A stretch of 64,000 nucleotides of DNA. It comes from Lachnospiraceae bacterium. Its GTDB lineage: Bacteria > Bacillota > Clostridia > Lachnospirales > Lachnospiraceae. Below, in pieces: positions 50,888 through 59,938 of this stretch. The stretch lies in assembly GCA_045535935.1 (NCBI GenBank), contig JAZSMO010000012.1, forward strand, positions 35,813-99,812. The letters run 5' to 3'. Under the pieces are notes generated by a model. That model saw only the letters and a program-made list of their open reading frames with translations, ran no database searches and was not told where the DNA came from. Both the position numbers and the translations under genes were made by a program. Within the stretch, counting starts at the first letter, position 1. Each line of letters opens with the position of its first letter.

Positions 50888-51657
50888 GTAAACTATATAC
50901 CTGTATAGGTAAAACGGCGCAAAAACCATATAGTATCCTGTCGGGCAAAGTAAATGTCTATACATTGGAGGAAATCTGCTTTTGTATCTGTGACAGGACA
51001 GACCTTCTGGACGATACATTCCTAAGTGGCGGGCTTGCAGAATTTGTGAGAACGCAGCTCGGACTGGATGATCTGGCGCAGAATCTGGACAGAGTGCTGG
51101 AACAAGGCTGTCTTTTGCATGAGTTTTGTGATATGATTCTCTCGTATGCGGCATATCCGGATCAGGGAATACGTCGAAAGGTCGTGGAACAGATCAGAGA
51201 GAATCAGGAGCTTTCCGTTGTGGACAGACTTGTTCGCAGGGCCGATACTTACCATAGGGAAAAGGAGTATTACAAAGCACAAAAAGCTTATCGAAACCTT
51301 CTTCTTATGGAGGAGGTGCAGCAGGATTTTGCTTTGACGGCGCAGTTGTATGATAAGCTGGGATGCGTGGCGGCAAAGATGTTTCATTATGAAACGGCGG
51401 GATATTGCTTTGAGAAGAGCTGCAGATTTGTTGAAAATGCGCAGGTGCGCAAAAAGTACATGCTGTGTATGCGTCTCACGATGCCACGGGAGAAATATAT
51501 GAACCGGGTAATGCAGCAGGAAGATTGCGGACAATGGATCGCCGAGGTCGAACAGGCTTATGAGACGGCGGATATACATGCGCAGCAGTATTGGAAGGAT
51601 AACACGGCGGATATGAATCAGATCAAAGAGGAGTTCTGCCGGATGGTATTGGAGTAA
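50884..51657 (+). CDS. uncharacterised helical (TPR-like) protein
   Basis: 257 aa. Its ATG overlaps the upstream TGA (ATGA). It contains a TPR-like segment YYKAQKAYRNLLLMEE...LYDKLGCVAAKMFHYETAGYCFEKS. Confidence 0.65.
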   Translation: MSKLYTCIGKTAQKPYSILSGKVNVYTLEEICFCICDRTDLLDDTFLSGGLAEFVRTQLGLDDLAQNLDRVLEQGCLLHEFCDMILSYAAYPDQGIRRKVVEQIRENQELSVVDRLVRRADTYHREKEYYKAQKAYRNLLLMEEVQQDFALTAQLYDKLGCVAAKMFHYETAGYCFEKSCRFVENAQVRKKYMLCMRLTMPREKYMNRVMQQEDCGQWIAEVEQAYETADIHAQQYWKDNTADMNQIKEEFCRMVLE

Positions 51658-51659
51658 GT

Positions 51660-52865
51660 ATGAGTTTCTGGGAAAAATTGTTTAAAAGAGTAAACAAATA
51701 CAGAAATATCGATGAGATGATGGACGAGGAACTCCGTCCTGATGAGGAGGACGGCTATATCGTATCCCCGGATCAGATCGATATAAAAAATTCCGGCGAC
51801 AGAGAGCGATATGTGCTCAGTTTGCTGGAACAGATTGCAGATGCATCGGTGCAGATTGAATCCTACAAGGAAGAGTACAGTACCGTCAACCGTTATCTGC
51901 AGGATACGGAGGATTTGGAGTATATTCGCGGAGAAGACAAAAACAGTCTCATGGAATATGCCAAGGCAATCAGTCTTTTGGAAAAAGATAAGACCAAATA
52001 TGAAGAGAAAAAACAGCGGCTTGCAGATGACGATTTCATCCGCATGGAAAAATTGGAAGAAAACGCAGAAGAAGGCATCCGAAAGCTGACGGAGGCGGAG
52101 GAATACCAACAGGCAATCCGCAGTGATTTAATGCGGCTTGAAAATGAGAAACAGGCCTGCATGTTCCGGAAACAGGAGGCGGCTGCGGCGATGGAAAATC
52201 TTCGCGGAATGGCGATTATTTGTACCGTGGCTTTGTTTGCCTGCATGGGAATGCTTATTTTTATGCAGTTTGTGCTGGAAATGAAAACGCTGGTCGGTTA
52301 TATACTGACAGCATCGGTTGCGGCTTTGGCGCTTACGGCTATGTACATGAAATACGTCGAAGCGGTGAGTGAAAAGAAGCGTTCTTCTCATAGTCTGAAC
52401 AAAGTTATCCTTTTGCAGAACAGAGTTAAAATCCGCTATGTGAACAACACCAATCTTGTGGATTATCTATATATGAAGTATGGGGTTTCTTCGGCAAAAG
52501 AACTGACACAGATATGGGGACGATACCAGTCTGAAAAGGAGGAGCGGGCCCGGATCAAAGAAACCATGAAAGACCTTTCGTTTACACAGGAGCAGCTGGT
52601 CCGTCTTCTGCGCAAGTACAATTTGTATGACCCGGTCATCTGGCTGCATCAGGTGGATGCGATTTTGGATCCGAAGGAAATGGTGGAGGTGCGCCATGCA
52701 CTGATTGCCAGAAGACAAAAAATCCGCAAGCAGATGGAATTCAATACCGAGAATGCGGAAAGTGCCCAGCAGCTGATCAGAGACTTGGTGGGAGAGTATC
52801 CGCAGTATGCAAAAGAAATATTGAAGATGGTTTCCGATTATGAGGACAAATACCCGTCATCCTAA
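51660..52865 (+). CDS. uncharacterised coiled-coil membrane protein (two central TM helices)
   Basis: 401 aa, starting 2 nt after the upstream stop. The N-terminal 180 aa or so is charged heptad-like sequence. A TM hairpin follows (GMAIICTVALFACMGMLIFMQFVL / LVGYILTASVAALALTAMYM). The C-terminal 170 aa or so is helical. Confidence 0.65.
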   Translation: MSFWEKLFKRVNKYRNIDEMMDEELRPDEEDGYIVSPDQIDIKNSGDRERYVLSLLEQIADASVQIESYKEEYSTVNRYLQDTEDLEYIRGEDKNSLMEYAKAISLLEKDKTKYEEKKQRLADDDFIRMEKLEENAEEGIRKLTEAEEYQQAIRSDLMRLENEKQACMFRKQEAAAAMENLRGMAIICTVALFACMGMLIFMQFVLEMKTLVGYILTASVAALALTAMYMKYVEAVSEKKRSSHSLNKVILLQNRVKIRYVNNTNLVDYLYMKYGVSSAKELTQIWGRYQSEKEERARIKETMKDLSFTQEQLVRLLRKYNLYDPVIWLHQVDAILDPKEMVEVRHALIARRQKIRKQMEFNTENAESAQQLIRDLVGEYPQYAKEILKMVSDYEDKYPSS

Positions 52866-52951
52866 AAAGATGGATTGACATGAAATGGATGACGTGATAA
52901 CATTACAGCGTATTCGATTTAGTCTGCTAAAGCAGAAAAGAGGAGGAAAAA

Positions 52952-53773
52952 ATGAAAAAATTACTTGCTTTATTATTATGTGTGACAATGACGGCTTTCA
53001 TGCTGACAGGTTGCGGTGGGGCTTCGGAAGAATCCGGAACAGCTTCCGCAGAAGGTGAAAGAACAACATTTACCGTTGGTTTCGATGCAGAATTTCCACC
53101 ATACGGATATATGGATGACAATGGAGAATATGTAGGATTTGACCTTTCTCTTGCACAGGAAGTGTGTAACAGAAACGGTTGGGAGCTTGTAAAACAGCCG
53201 ATCAACTGGGATACCAAAGACATGGAGCTTTCTTCCGGCGCAATCGATTGTATCTGGAACGGATTTACGATCAACGGACGTGAAGATGATTATACATGGT
53301 CTGTACCATATGTAGACAACAGTCAGGTATTTGTTGTGGCAGCAGATTCCGGTATTGCTGCGCAGGCAGACCTCGCCGGAAAAACGGTTGCGGTACAGGC
53401 AGATTCATCTGCACTTGCAGCACTGAACGATGAGGAAAACACAGCTTTGACAGAGAGCTTTGCTTCACTGAACCAGTTTGCAGATTACAATACAGCTTTT
53501 ATGGATCTTGAAGCCGGCGCTGTGGATGCGGTTGCTATGGATATCGGTGTTGCGAATTTTCAGATGGAATCCAGAGAAGCAGGAAAATTCATTATTTTAG
53601 ATGAATATCTTTCGACAGAACAGTACGGCGTAGGCTTCCTTCTCGGGAATGAAGCGCTGAGAGATCAGGTGCAGAAGACATTGCTTGAGATGGTGGAAGA
53701 CGGTACTTTTGCTAAGATCGCAGAAGAATGGGGACTTAGCGATGTAGTTTGTCTTAAGGCTGCTGCAGAATAA
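52952..53773 (+). CDS. amino-acid ABC transporter substrate-binding lipoprotein
   Basis: It has a lipobox LTGCGG and type-3 SBP motifs (FTVGFDAEFPPYGY, DCIWNGFT). Confidence 0.88.
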   Translation: MKKLLALLLCVTMTAFMLTGCGGASEESGTASAEGERTTFTVGFDAEFPPYGYMDDNGEYVGFDLSLAQEVCNRNGWELVKQPINWDTKDMELSSGAIDCIWNGFTINGREDDYTWSVPYVDNSQVFVVAADSGIAAQADLAGKTVAVQADSSALAALNDEENTALTESFASLNQFADYNTAFMDLEAGAVDAVAMDIGVANFQMESREAGKFIILDEYLSTEQYGVGFLLGNEALRDQVQKTLLEMVEDGTFAKIAEEWGLSDVVCLKAAAE

Positions 53774-53853
53774 GAAACTTGCGAAGGTGCCTTTTCAGGC
53801 ACCTTCTTATACTTTGCACGCTATAACCTGCGGCGGCAAAAAAGGAGGAACTT

Positions 53854-54504
53854 ATGGATATTATTACAATGCTGAAACAGTTGGCAGAAGGAATGATTGT
53901 GACGGGACAGATATTTTTCCTGACGCTTTTATTTTCGCTGCCGCTCGGTCTGATCATAGCATTCGGGAGAATGGCAAAAAACGGATTGATCAGAACCATT
54001 TCCAAAATCTACATATCCATCATGCGCGGAACGCCGCTGATGTTACAGCTGATCGTTGTTTACTTTGCACCGTACTATGTGTTTGGTGTGCGGTTCGGTT
54101 CGGGATACCGTATGGTGGCCGTGATTCTCGGTTTTGTGCTCAACTATGCAGCATACTTTGCCGAGATATACCGTGCGGGTATTCAGGCGATTCCGGTGGG
54201 ACAGCATGAGGCGGCCCAGGTGCTTGGCTTCTCGAAATCGCAGACTTTTTTCCGTATTATCCTTCCGCAGGTGATCAAGCGAATCTTACCGCCGGTGACC
54301 AATGAAGTGATTACGCTCGTCAAAGATACTTCACTGGCCTTTGTACTTACCGTGGCGGAAATGTTCACGCTGGCGAAACAGATTGCAGCTGCTCAGACGA
54401 CAGTGATTCCGCTGATGGTGGCCGGTCTTTTCTATTACATATTCAACCTTCTTGTGGCTTTTGTGATGGAAGCAATCGAGAAAAAATTGGGATATTACAG
54501 GTAG
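53854..54504 (+). CDS. amino-acid ABC transporter permease (HisM/GlnP type)
   Basis: 216 aa with the conserved YISIMRGTPLMLQL and EAA-like loop FAEIYRAGIQAIPVGQHEAAQVLG. Confidence 0.9.
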   Translation: MDIITMLKQLAEGMIVTGQIFFLTLLFSLPLGLIIAFGRMAKNGLIRTISKIYISIMRGTPLMLQLIVVYFAPYYVFGVRFGSGYRMVAVILGFVLNYAAYFAEIYRAGIQAIPVGQHEAAQVLGFSKSQTFFRIILPQVIKRILPPVTNEVITLVKDTSLAFVLTVAEMFTLAKQIAAAQTTVIPLMVAGLFYYIFNLLVAFVMEAIEKKLGYYR

Positions 54505-54516
54505 GAGGTGCGGAGT

Positions 54517-55278
54517 ATGAATTTACTTGAGATCAATCATATGAAAAAATCATTCGGAGATCTGGAAGTGATCAAGGACTTTTCGCTCTCGGTAAAGGAA
54601 GGAGAGGTGGTTTCCATTATCGGTCCTTCCGGTTCGGGAAAGTCAACGATCCTGCGCTGCGCTACTTTGTTGGAGCAGATGGATGACGGTGAACTGATTT
54701 ATATGGGAGAGCACGCAGCCAAAAGCGTGGATGGGAAAAGTGTTTATATGTCCAAGAATGCACTGAAAAAAATCCGCAGCTACTTTGGATTGGTGTTTCA
54801 GAATTTCAATCTGTTTCCGCATTACAATGTGCTGAAAAACATCATGGATGCACCGGTGACGGTAGGAAAGATTCCGAAGGAAGAAGCAAAGGAGCGCGCA
54901 TTGAAGCTTTTGGACCAGCTTGGCCTTTCCGAAAAGGGCAATGCGTATCCGTATCAACTGTCCGGAGGACAGCAGCAACGTGTCTCTATCGCAAGAGCGC
55001 TTGCATTGCAACCGAAGATTCTCTTTTTTGATGAGCCGACCAGTGCGTTGGATCCGGAGCTGACCGGTGAGGTGCTGAAGGTAATCAAAGAGCTTGCTGC
55101 ACAGAAGATGACGATGATTATCGTGACACACGAAATGCAGTTTGCCAAGGAATTGTCCGACCGCATTATCTTCATGGAAAACGGTGTGGTAGTTCAGGAG
55201 GGAACGCCGGATGAAGTGTTCCATTCAGACAATGAAAGAATTCGCGAATTTATCGGAAAAATCGAAGCGGTATATTAG
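54517..55278 (+). CDS. amino-acid ABC transporter ATP-binding protein
   Basis: The ATG at 54517 lies 6 nt after GGAGGTG. Walker A GPSGSGKST, signature LSGGQQQR, Walker B ILFFDEPTSALD. Confidence 0.92.
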   Translation: MNLLEINHMKKSFGDLEVIKDFSLSVKEGEVVSIIGPSGSGKSTILRCATLLEQMDDGELIYMGEHAAKSVDGKSVYMSKNALKKIRSYFGLVFQNFNLFPHYNVLKNIMDAPVTVGKIPKEEAKERALKLLDQLGLSEKGNAYPYQLSGGQQQRVSIARALALQPKILFFDEPTSALDPELTGEVLKVIKELAAQKMTMIIVTHEMQFAKELSDRIIFMENGVVVQEGTPDEVFHSDNERIREFIGKIEAVY

Positions 55279-55295
55279 GAATATATTATGATAAA

Positions 55296-55332
55296 AAGAA
55301 ACGGTTCCCAGGAGGGAACCGCTTCTTTTTTC
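55296..55332 (+). terminator. rho-independent terminator of the amino-acid ABC operon
   Basis: AGAAACGGTTCCC-AGGA-GGGAACCGCTTCT followed by T6. Confidence 0.8.
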
Positions 55333-55481
55333 TTATGAGGGATTCATGAAAAAATATAAAGAGTTGAAACACGTATCAGAAAGAAGTTTGAGGGGGGACT
55401 TCGTTTCTGATGAGTTTAGTATAGATGGAAAGTGTGTTGAAATTGTGTTCGAAACTTTAAAAAAAAATAAATATTCTAAAC

Positions 55482-55512
55482 AAAAAAAGAAATGAGCCTT
55501 CGAAAAGGCTCT
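55482..55512 (-). terminator. rho-independent terminator of the DUF5684-like gene
   Basis: GAGCCTT-CGAAA-AGGCTC hairpin. On the minus strand it is followed by TTTCTTTTTTTG. Confidence 0.7.
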
Positions 55513-55525
55513 TTTGCTCTCTGAA

Positions 55526-55918
55526 TTACTGTGGTCCGATGTATTCGGATTCGCCGAAACCGAGGATCATGTAGAAGATCGGTGGGAGGAACAGAAGTCC
55601 GAAACCAAATCCTACGCCGTGTCCGAAAGCTGATGAAAGCTTGAACAGGGCGATAATCTGGAATACAGCGCCCACACATGGAATAAACATGAGAAGGAAC
55701 ATCCAGCCGTTACCCCATGCAATATCAAAAAGACAATACATGTTGTAGAACGGAACGATAGCTGCCCAACCCGGTTTGCCTGCTTTTGCAAACATCTTCC
55801 ACATACCGATGATGTTGATCACGCCGATAGCAAGAACAACAATGTAATAAATCATCATTGCACCGGCCATGGCACCTGCTACAGCAGGATCCATCATGCT
55901 TGAATAATCTGTTGTCAT
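55526..55918 (-). CDS. small polytopic membrane protein (DUF5684-like)
   Basis: 130 aa with MWKMFAKAGKPGWAAIVPFYNMYCLFDIAWG, a motif I associate with DUF5684. Confidence 0.65.
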   Translation of the reverse strand: MTTDYSSMMDPAVAGAMAGAMMIYYIVVLAIGVINIIGMWKMFAKAGKPGWAAIVPFYNMYCLFDIAWGNGWMFLLMFIPCVGAVFQIIALFKLSSAFGHGVGFGFGLLFLPPIFYMILGFGESEYIGPQ

Positions 55919-56084
55919 TTGTTTTCCCTCCTGAATAAGAATTTTTACACTTTAGTATTCTAACATAAAGAAGTGATTTTGTCGAGAATCATGTGATTGC
56001 GGATCTTCCCGGTCTGGTTGCACCGATTCGTGGATTGTGATAGGATAGCAAAAAATAGGATGACAAAAAAAGAGACGAAGGATA

Positions 56085-56684
56085 ATGATTAAAAATATTG
56101 TGTTTGATATCGGAAATGTATGTGTGGATTTTTGTTACAGAGAATTTTTCGAAAGCTTCGGCTTTTCGGATGAAATTGTAGACCGGATTTGCAAAGCTAC
56201 GGCAGAAAATAAAGTTTGGGATCTCGGCGACGGCGGAAAAGTTTCGGAAGAGGAACTTTTAGAAGTGTTTGTTGCACAGGATCCGGAAATCGAACCATAT
56301 ATCAGAAAAGTATATGAGAATTTCAGTGGGATTATCCGTGAACGAAAAGAGACCATACCTTGGCTTGAGGAGCTGCGGACAAAAGGGTACCGTATTTACT
56401 ATCTTTCCAACTATCCGTCCAAAATAGAACGTGAATGTGCGGATCAGATGGAGTTTATCAATCATATGGACGGCGGAATTTTATCCTACAAGGTCGGTAT
56501 GGTAAAGCCGGACGGCGAGATTTATCAAAAGCTTCTGGAACTGTATGATTTGAAAGCGGAAGAGAGTCTGTTTCTGGATGACAGGGCAGATAATTGTGAA
56601 GCGGCAGAGCGGGAAGGTTTTACGGCGATTCGGTTCACCACGCGGGAAGAAGTGCTTGAAAAGATGGCGCAGCTGGGGATATAA
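56085..56684 (+). CDS. HAD-superfamily hydrolase
   Basis: Motif I is IVFDIGNV. The cap region and the motif LFLDDRADNCEAA are present. 199 aa. Confidence 0.8.
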   Translation: MIKNIVFDIGNVCVDFCYREFFESFGFSDEIVDRICKATAENKVWDLGDGGKVSEEELLEVFVAQDPEIEPYIRKVYENFSGIIRERKETIPWLEELRTKGYRIYYLSNYPSKIERECADQMEFINHMDGGILSYKVGMVKPDGEIYQKLLELYDLKAEESLFLDDRADNCEAAEREGFTAIRFTTREEVLEKMAQLGI

Positions 56685-56758
56685 AGCCTGTAGGTTCGGA
56701 CGGTAGGTAGATTGCGCGGGGCATTTAAGCAAGAAAACAAGCTGTGGTGCCCCGCCAC

Positions 56759-57034
56759 CTATTCTTCACTCTGCTTTGCATCTGTGAAAGCAGCAGCTTC
56801 TTCCTCGTCCAAATTGGAGAAATCAGCAAATGTTTTTTTGTCGGTCAGTTTGCCGTAAATCCATACATAAAGCCAAATCAGAATCGGCACGGCGATTGTG
56901 GCGAACAGACAGATAAAAAACAGCTTCTGACTGCCCGGGAAACTGAAAAGAGCGCTGATGAGAGTGATGATATATAACGCCACCAGCAGGATAATACCAA
57001 TCAGGGCGGCGATGCGTTGTTTTTTACTGTACAT
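56759..57034 (-). CDS. small membrane protein, hypothetical
   Basis: 91 aa with two TM helices and an acidic C-terminal tail. I recognise no family. Confidence 0.45.
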   Translation of the reverse strand: MYSKKQRIAALIGIILLVALYIITLISALFSFPGSQKLFFICLFATIAVPILIWLYVWIYGKLTDKKTFADFSNLDEEEAAAFTDAKQSEE

Positions 57035-57220
57035 AAGAAACCTTCTTTCTGAGTGTGCTTACAATGTTTCATTCATTGTAATTGCTTTTTTTGATTTTGG
57101 CAAGAAACATATAACTTCTTATGGAAAATGCAGTGCGGGGGTGTTATACTGAAAAGGATGTAAAAGCATATATGCAGCCATGCATTGACATAAAGCGCAA
57201 TAGAGAAACGGAGATATGAT

Positions 57221-58717
57221 ATGAAGAAAAACAGCATTCCGAAACAGCTTTTACAGGCTGGGATGACTTTGGCGGACCGCAGATATCGGGTGGATGAACT
57301 GATTGGCGATAACGGTCTGACTGTCACATATAAGGGATATGACACCTTCCGCAAAAAGATTGTCGTAATCCGGGAGCTTTTCCCGCAGTCCATATTGAAC
57401 AGAGATATAGACCATGATTACAAGGTCGAGTGCAAAAAGATGTCGGATGAAGAGTTGTTTCAAAGTATGAAGGAACACATGATCCGCAGAGCCAAAAAGT
57501 TGATCGGATTGTATCCGGTGGACGGAATTGTAAATGTGTTGACTTATCTTGAGGAGCGAGAGACGGTCTATGTGATCGAGGAATATGTGCAGGGCCAGAC
57601 ATTAGAAAATAAACTGTGGAAGAGACACAGTGCCAAGTTTTTGCCGGAGGATCTCATGCAGTACCTGCTTCCTGTGATGGAAACATTGATGCGTCTTCAC
57701 GCACAGGGGATGTTTCACGGCAGTGTGTATCCGGAAAATATAATCCTTACTGCGGACGGAAAGGTATTGCTGGCAGATATGGTGAATCCGATAGAGGATG
57801 TGTCAGCGCCGCAGCTCGGAGACATTAAGATTCGCAAGGATGCATATTCTCCGGTGGAATTATACGTCCCGGAGGCAAAGAGAGGACCGTCTGCGGACAT
57901 CTATGAAGTGTCAGCAATTTTTTACCGTTACGCGACGGGAGAGCCGCTTCCTGTTTATTATGACAGAGTCAATGAGGAAAAGAAAACAGAAGATCCGCTT
58001 CATATGCAGACAAGGGTTATGAAGTTCCAGAGTGAGGCGATTATGAAAGGAACGGCAGTTTATGACTTTGAACGCTATGAGACGATGGAGCAGCTAAGAG
58101 ATGCGCTTTGCCCTGAGGATGTGGATTATGAGCATCTGAATGCAAAGATGATGGAGGCAAAGACTTTCTCCAAGGAAGATTTATGGTACAAACACGGGAA
58201 AAGAGCCAGAAATAAATATGTGTTTACGGTTGCGGCGATTCTGATCGTGGCAGTGATTGCTCTGGGACCGGGACTGACGGACGTCGGGAAAAGCGTTTTG
58301 ATTAACCGATTTTATCAAAAATTTTCCGAAGCGGATATGGCAAAGCAGTTTGTTATGGTGGCCGGAATGTCCAAGACGGAGCGTGATTTGTACACAAACA
58401 ATTATGTGGATGTGGATCGTACACTTTCCGACGAAGAAAATTCGGAACAGATGGAGATCAAATATTATGATTTCCAGTTGGAAAAATATATTACAAATGA
58501 AAAGTTCGATACGACGAAAACTTATTACGAATATATGAAAATTGATTATCGTCAGAATGAGGTATGGGTCAACTATATATCTGACATGAAAAATGTACAG
58601 ACGACGATGAAGTTGGTGCCGAACCGGGATGGTAAATACGAAGTCAAGACCATATCTGTAGATAAGTATGGGGAGTCGGAAGAAGAAATCATTTATGTGA
58701 ATTACACAAAAAAATAA
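57221..58717 (+). CDS. membrane-anchored Hanks-type kinase-fold protein, predicted pseudokinase
   Basis: 498 aa. The kinase fold is recognisable (IGDNGLTVTYKG, YVIEEYVQGQTL, SPVE, SADIYEV). However VAIK reads VVIR and HRDxKPEN reads HGSVYPEN. One TM helix lies near residues 335-355 and a C-terminal domain of about 140 aa follows. Confidence 0.7.
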   Translation: MKKNSIPKQLLQAGMTLADRRYRVDELIGDNGLTVTYKGYDTFRKKIVVIRELFPQSILNRDIDHDYKVECKKMSDEELFQSMKEHMIRRAKKLIGLYPVDGIVNVLTYLEERETVYVIEEYVQGQTLENKLWKRHSAKFLPEDLMQYLLPVMETLMRLHAQGMFHGSVYPENIILTADGKVLLADMVNPIEDVSAPQLGDIKIRKDAYSPVELYVPEAKRGPSADIYEVSAIFYRYATGEPLPVYYDRVNEEKKTEDPLHMQTRVMKFQSEAIMKGTAVYDFERYETMEQLRDALCPEDVDYEHLNAKMMEAKTFSKEDLWYKHGKRARNKYVFTVAAILIVAVIALGPGLTDVGKSVLINRFYQKFSEADMAKQFVMVAGMSKTERDLYTNNYVDVDRTLSDEENSEQMEIKYYDFQLEKYITNEKFDTTKTYYEYMKIDYRQNEVWVNYISDMKNVQTTMKLVPNRDGKYEVKTISVDKYGESEEEIIYVNYTKK

Positions 58718-58790
58718 AAATGTTTTGAAAAATACAGAGAAATGGTATATACTGTCCTAAGATGTGTTTTGCAAAAGCAGGACAGAGCAA

Positions 58791-59315
58791 ATGAGTAAGG
58801 AGCAAAATGAAATGCAGTTATTAGAAAAATGGCGCGGTATGGCGTATTCTGAAAAAGCAAATAAAGGAGATCTGCAGAAGTTATGGCAGAAATATTTCCG
58901 CCTGGAAAAAGAGATGTATGCGAAACTTCTTGAAAATCCGGACGAGGAAGTAAAAGGCCCGGTAAGAGATCTTGCGAAAAAATATGATGTGGATATTATG
59001 ACCATGACAGGATTTCTGGATGGTATCAATGACTCACTCGTTGAGCCGAATCCGATCGAGGAGATGACAGAGGATACAGAAGTATCTTTAAAATTTGACA
59101 AAGAACTTCTTTACAAAAACATGGTTGCTGCTGAGGCAGACTGGTTGTACGGTCTTCCGCAGTGGGAAAAGATCTTTGATGAAGAAAAACGCAAAGAACT
59201 TTACAAAGAGCAGAAGAGATCTACAACCATCGTAAAGGAAGAAAGAATCTATCCAAACGATCCGTGTCCATGCGGTAGTGGTAAAAAGTACAAAAAATGT
59301 TGTGGAAAAAATTAA
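58791..59315 (+). CDS. SEC-C metal-binding-motif protein
   Basis: The C-terminus is [18 protein letters not shown] chose the start at ATG 58791, because ATG 58764 lies only about 12 nt 3' of the -10-like TATACT and so too close to the probable TSS. Confidence 0.7.
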   Translation: MSKEQNEMQLLEKWRGMAYSEKANKGDLQKLWQKYFRLEKEMYAKLLENPDEEVKGPVRDLAKKYDVDIMTMTGFLDGINDSLVEPNPIEEMTEDTEVSLKFDKELLYKNMVAAEADWLYGLPQWEKIFDEEKRKELYKEQKRSTTIVKEERIYPNDPCPCGSGKKYKKCCGKN

Positions 59316-59344
59316 TTTTTCCGGGCATAATATAAAGTAACACG

Positions 59345-59578
59345 TGGAAGAGAAGAGTAATCCGTGAAAATATGCCAGAGAGAAGCGCCGGCCCATGGCT
59401 GTGCTGAAAGCGCTTTCATACGGAAACGGACGAAAACTAACTCTGAGTGGCCCTAATCCGGTCCGGTGATTCCGTTATCATCAATGAGTGGTCTGGTAAG
59501 TCGTTGTAAGCGCACAGGCAAGCAGGGTGGAACCGCGTAGATTACGTCCCATGCACAGATATGTGCATGGGATTTTTT
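59345..59578 (+). promoter_or_regulatory. T-box leader, probable Thr (ACU) specifier, with terminator/antiterminator
   Basis: AGAGAGAAG and GTGCTGAAAG stem-I elements are present. The candidate specifier is GAAAACUAA (ACU followed by A). The T-box sequence is AGCAGGGTGGAACCGCG. The terminator is TCCCATGCACA-GAT-ATGTGCATGGGA plus T6. thrS lies downstream. Confidence 0.8.
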
Positions 59579-59629
59579 ATTGCAAGAAAATGTTATGCAA
59601 CAGATATAAAAGGAGAAGGAGGCAAAGAA

Positions 59630-59905
59630 ATGAAGGAATTTTTAGAAGAAAAAAAGGAACAGCTTTTTGACGGGGAATTGACCATGACCAAATTGGATTT
59701 TTGGTTGATTGTTATGCTTGTTTTTGTGGTCGGTGTTTTGTACGGACTTGCAAAAGCACCGTGGACCCAAGGGGTGAAAATGACCATCGGAAGCAATAAC
59801 GGAAGCAATAATGTCGTAAATCCGCCGGAAGATGACGAATGTGAATGCATCGGATGCTGTGAGGCGGATGAAGAAGAGGACGAAGACGTAATATCTTTTA
59901 AGTAG
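59630..59905 (+). CDS. small single-pass membrane protein with Cys-rich acidic tail, hypothetical
   Basis: The ATG at 59630 follows AAGGAGAAGGAGG. 91 aa with one TM helix (FWLIVMLVFVVGVLYGL) and a C-terminus DDECECIGCCEADEEEDED. It lies between the T-box and thrS. Confidence 0.6.
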   Translation: MKEFLEEKKEQLFDGELTMTKLDFWLIVMLVFVVGVLYGLAKAPWTQGVKMTIGSNNGSNNVVNPPEDDECECIGCCEADEEEDEDVISFK

Positions 59906-59938
59906 GAAGAAAAACAGACAAAAAGAAGGAGCAGACAG

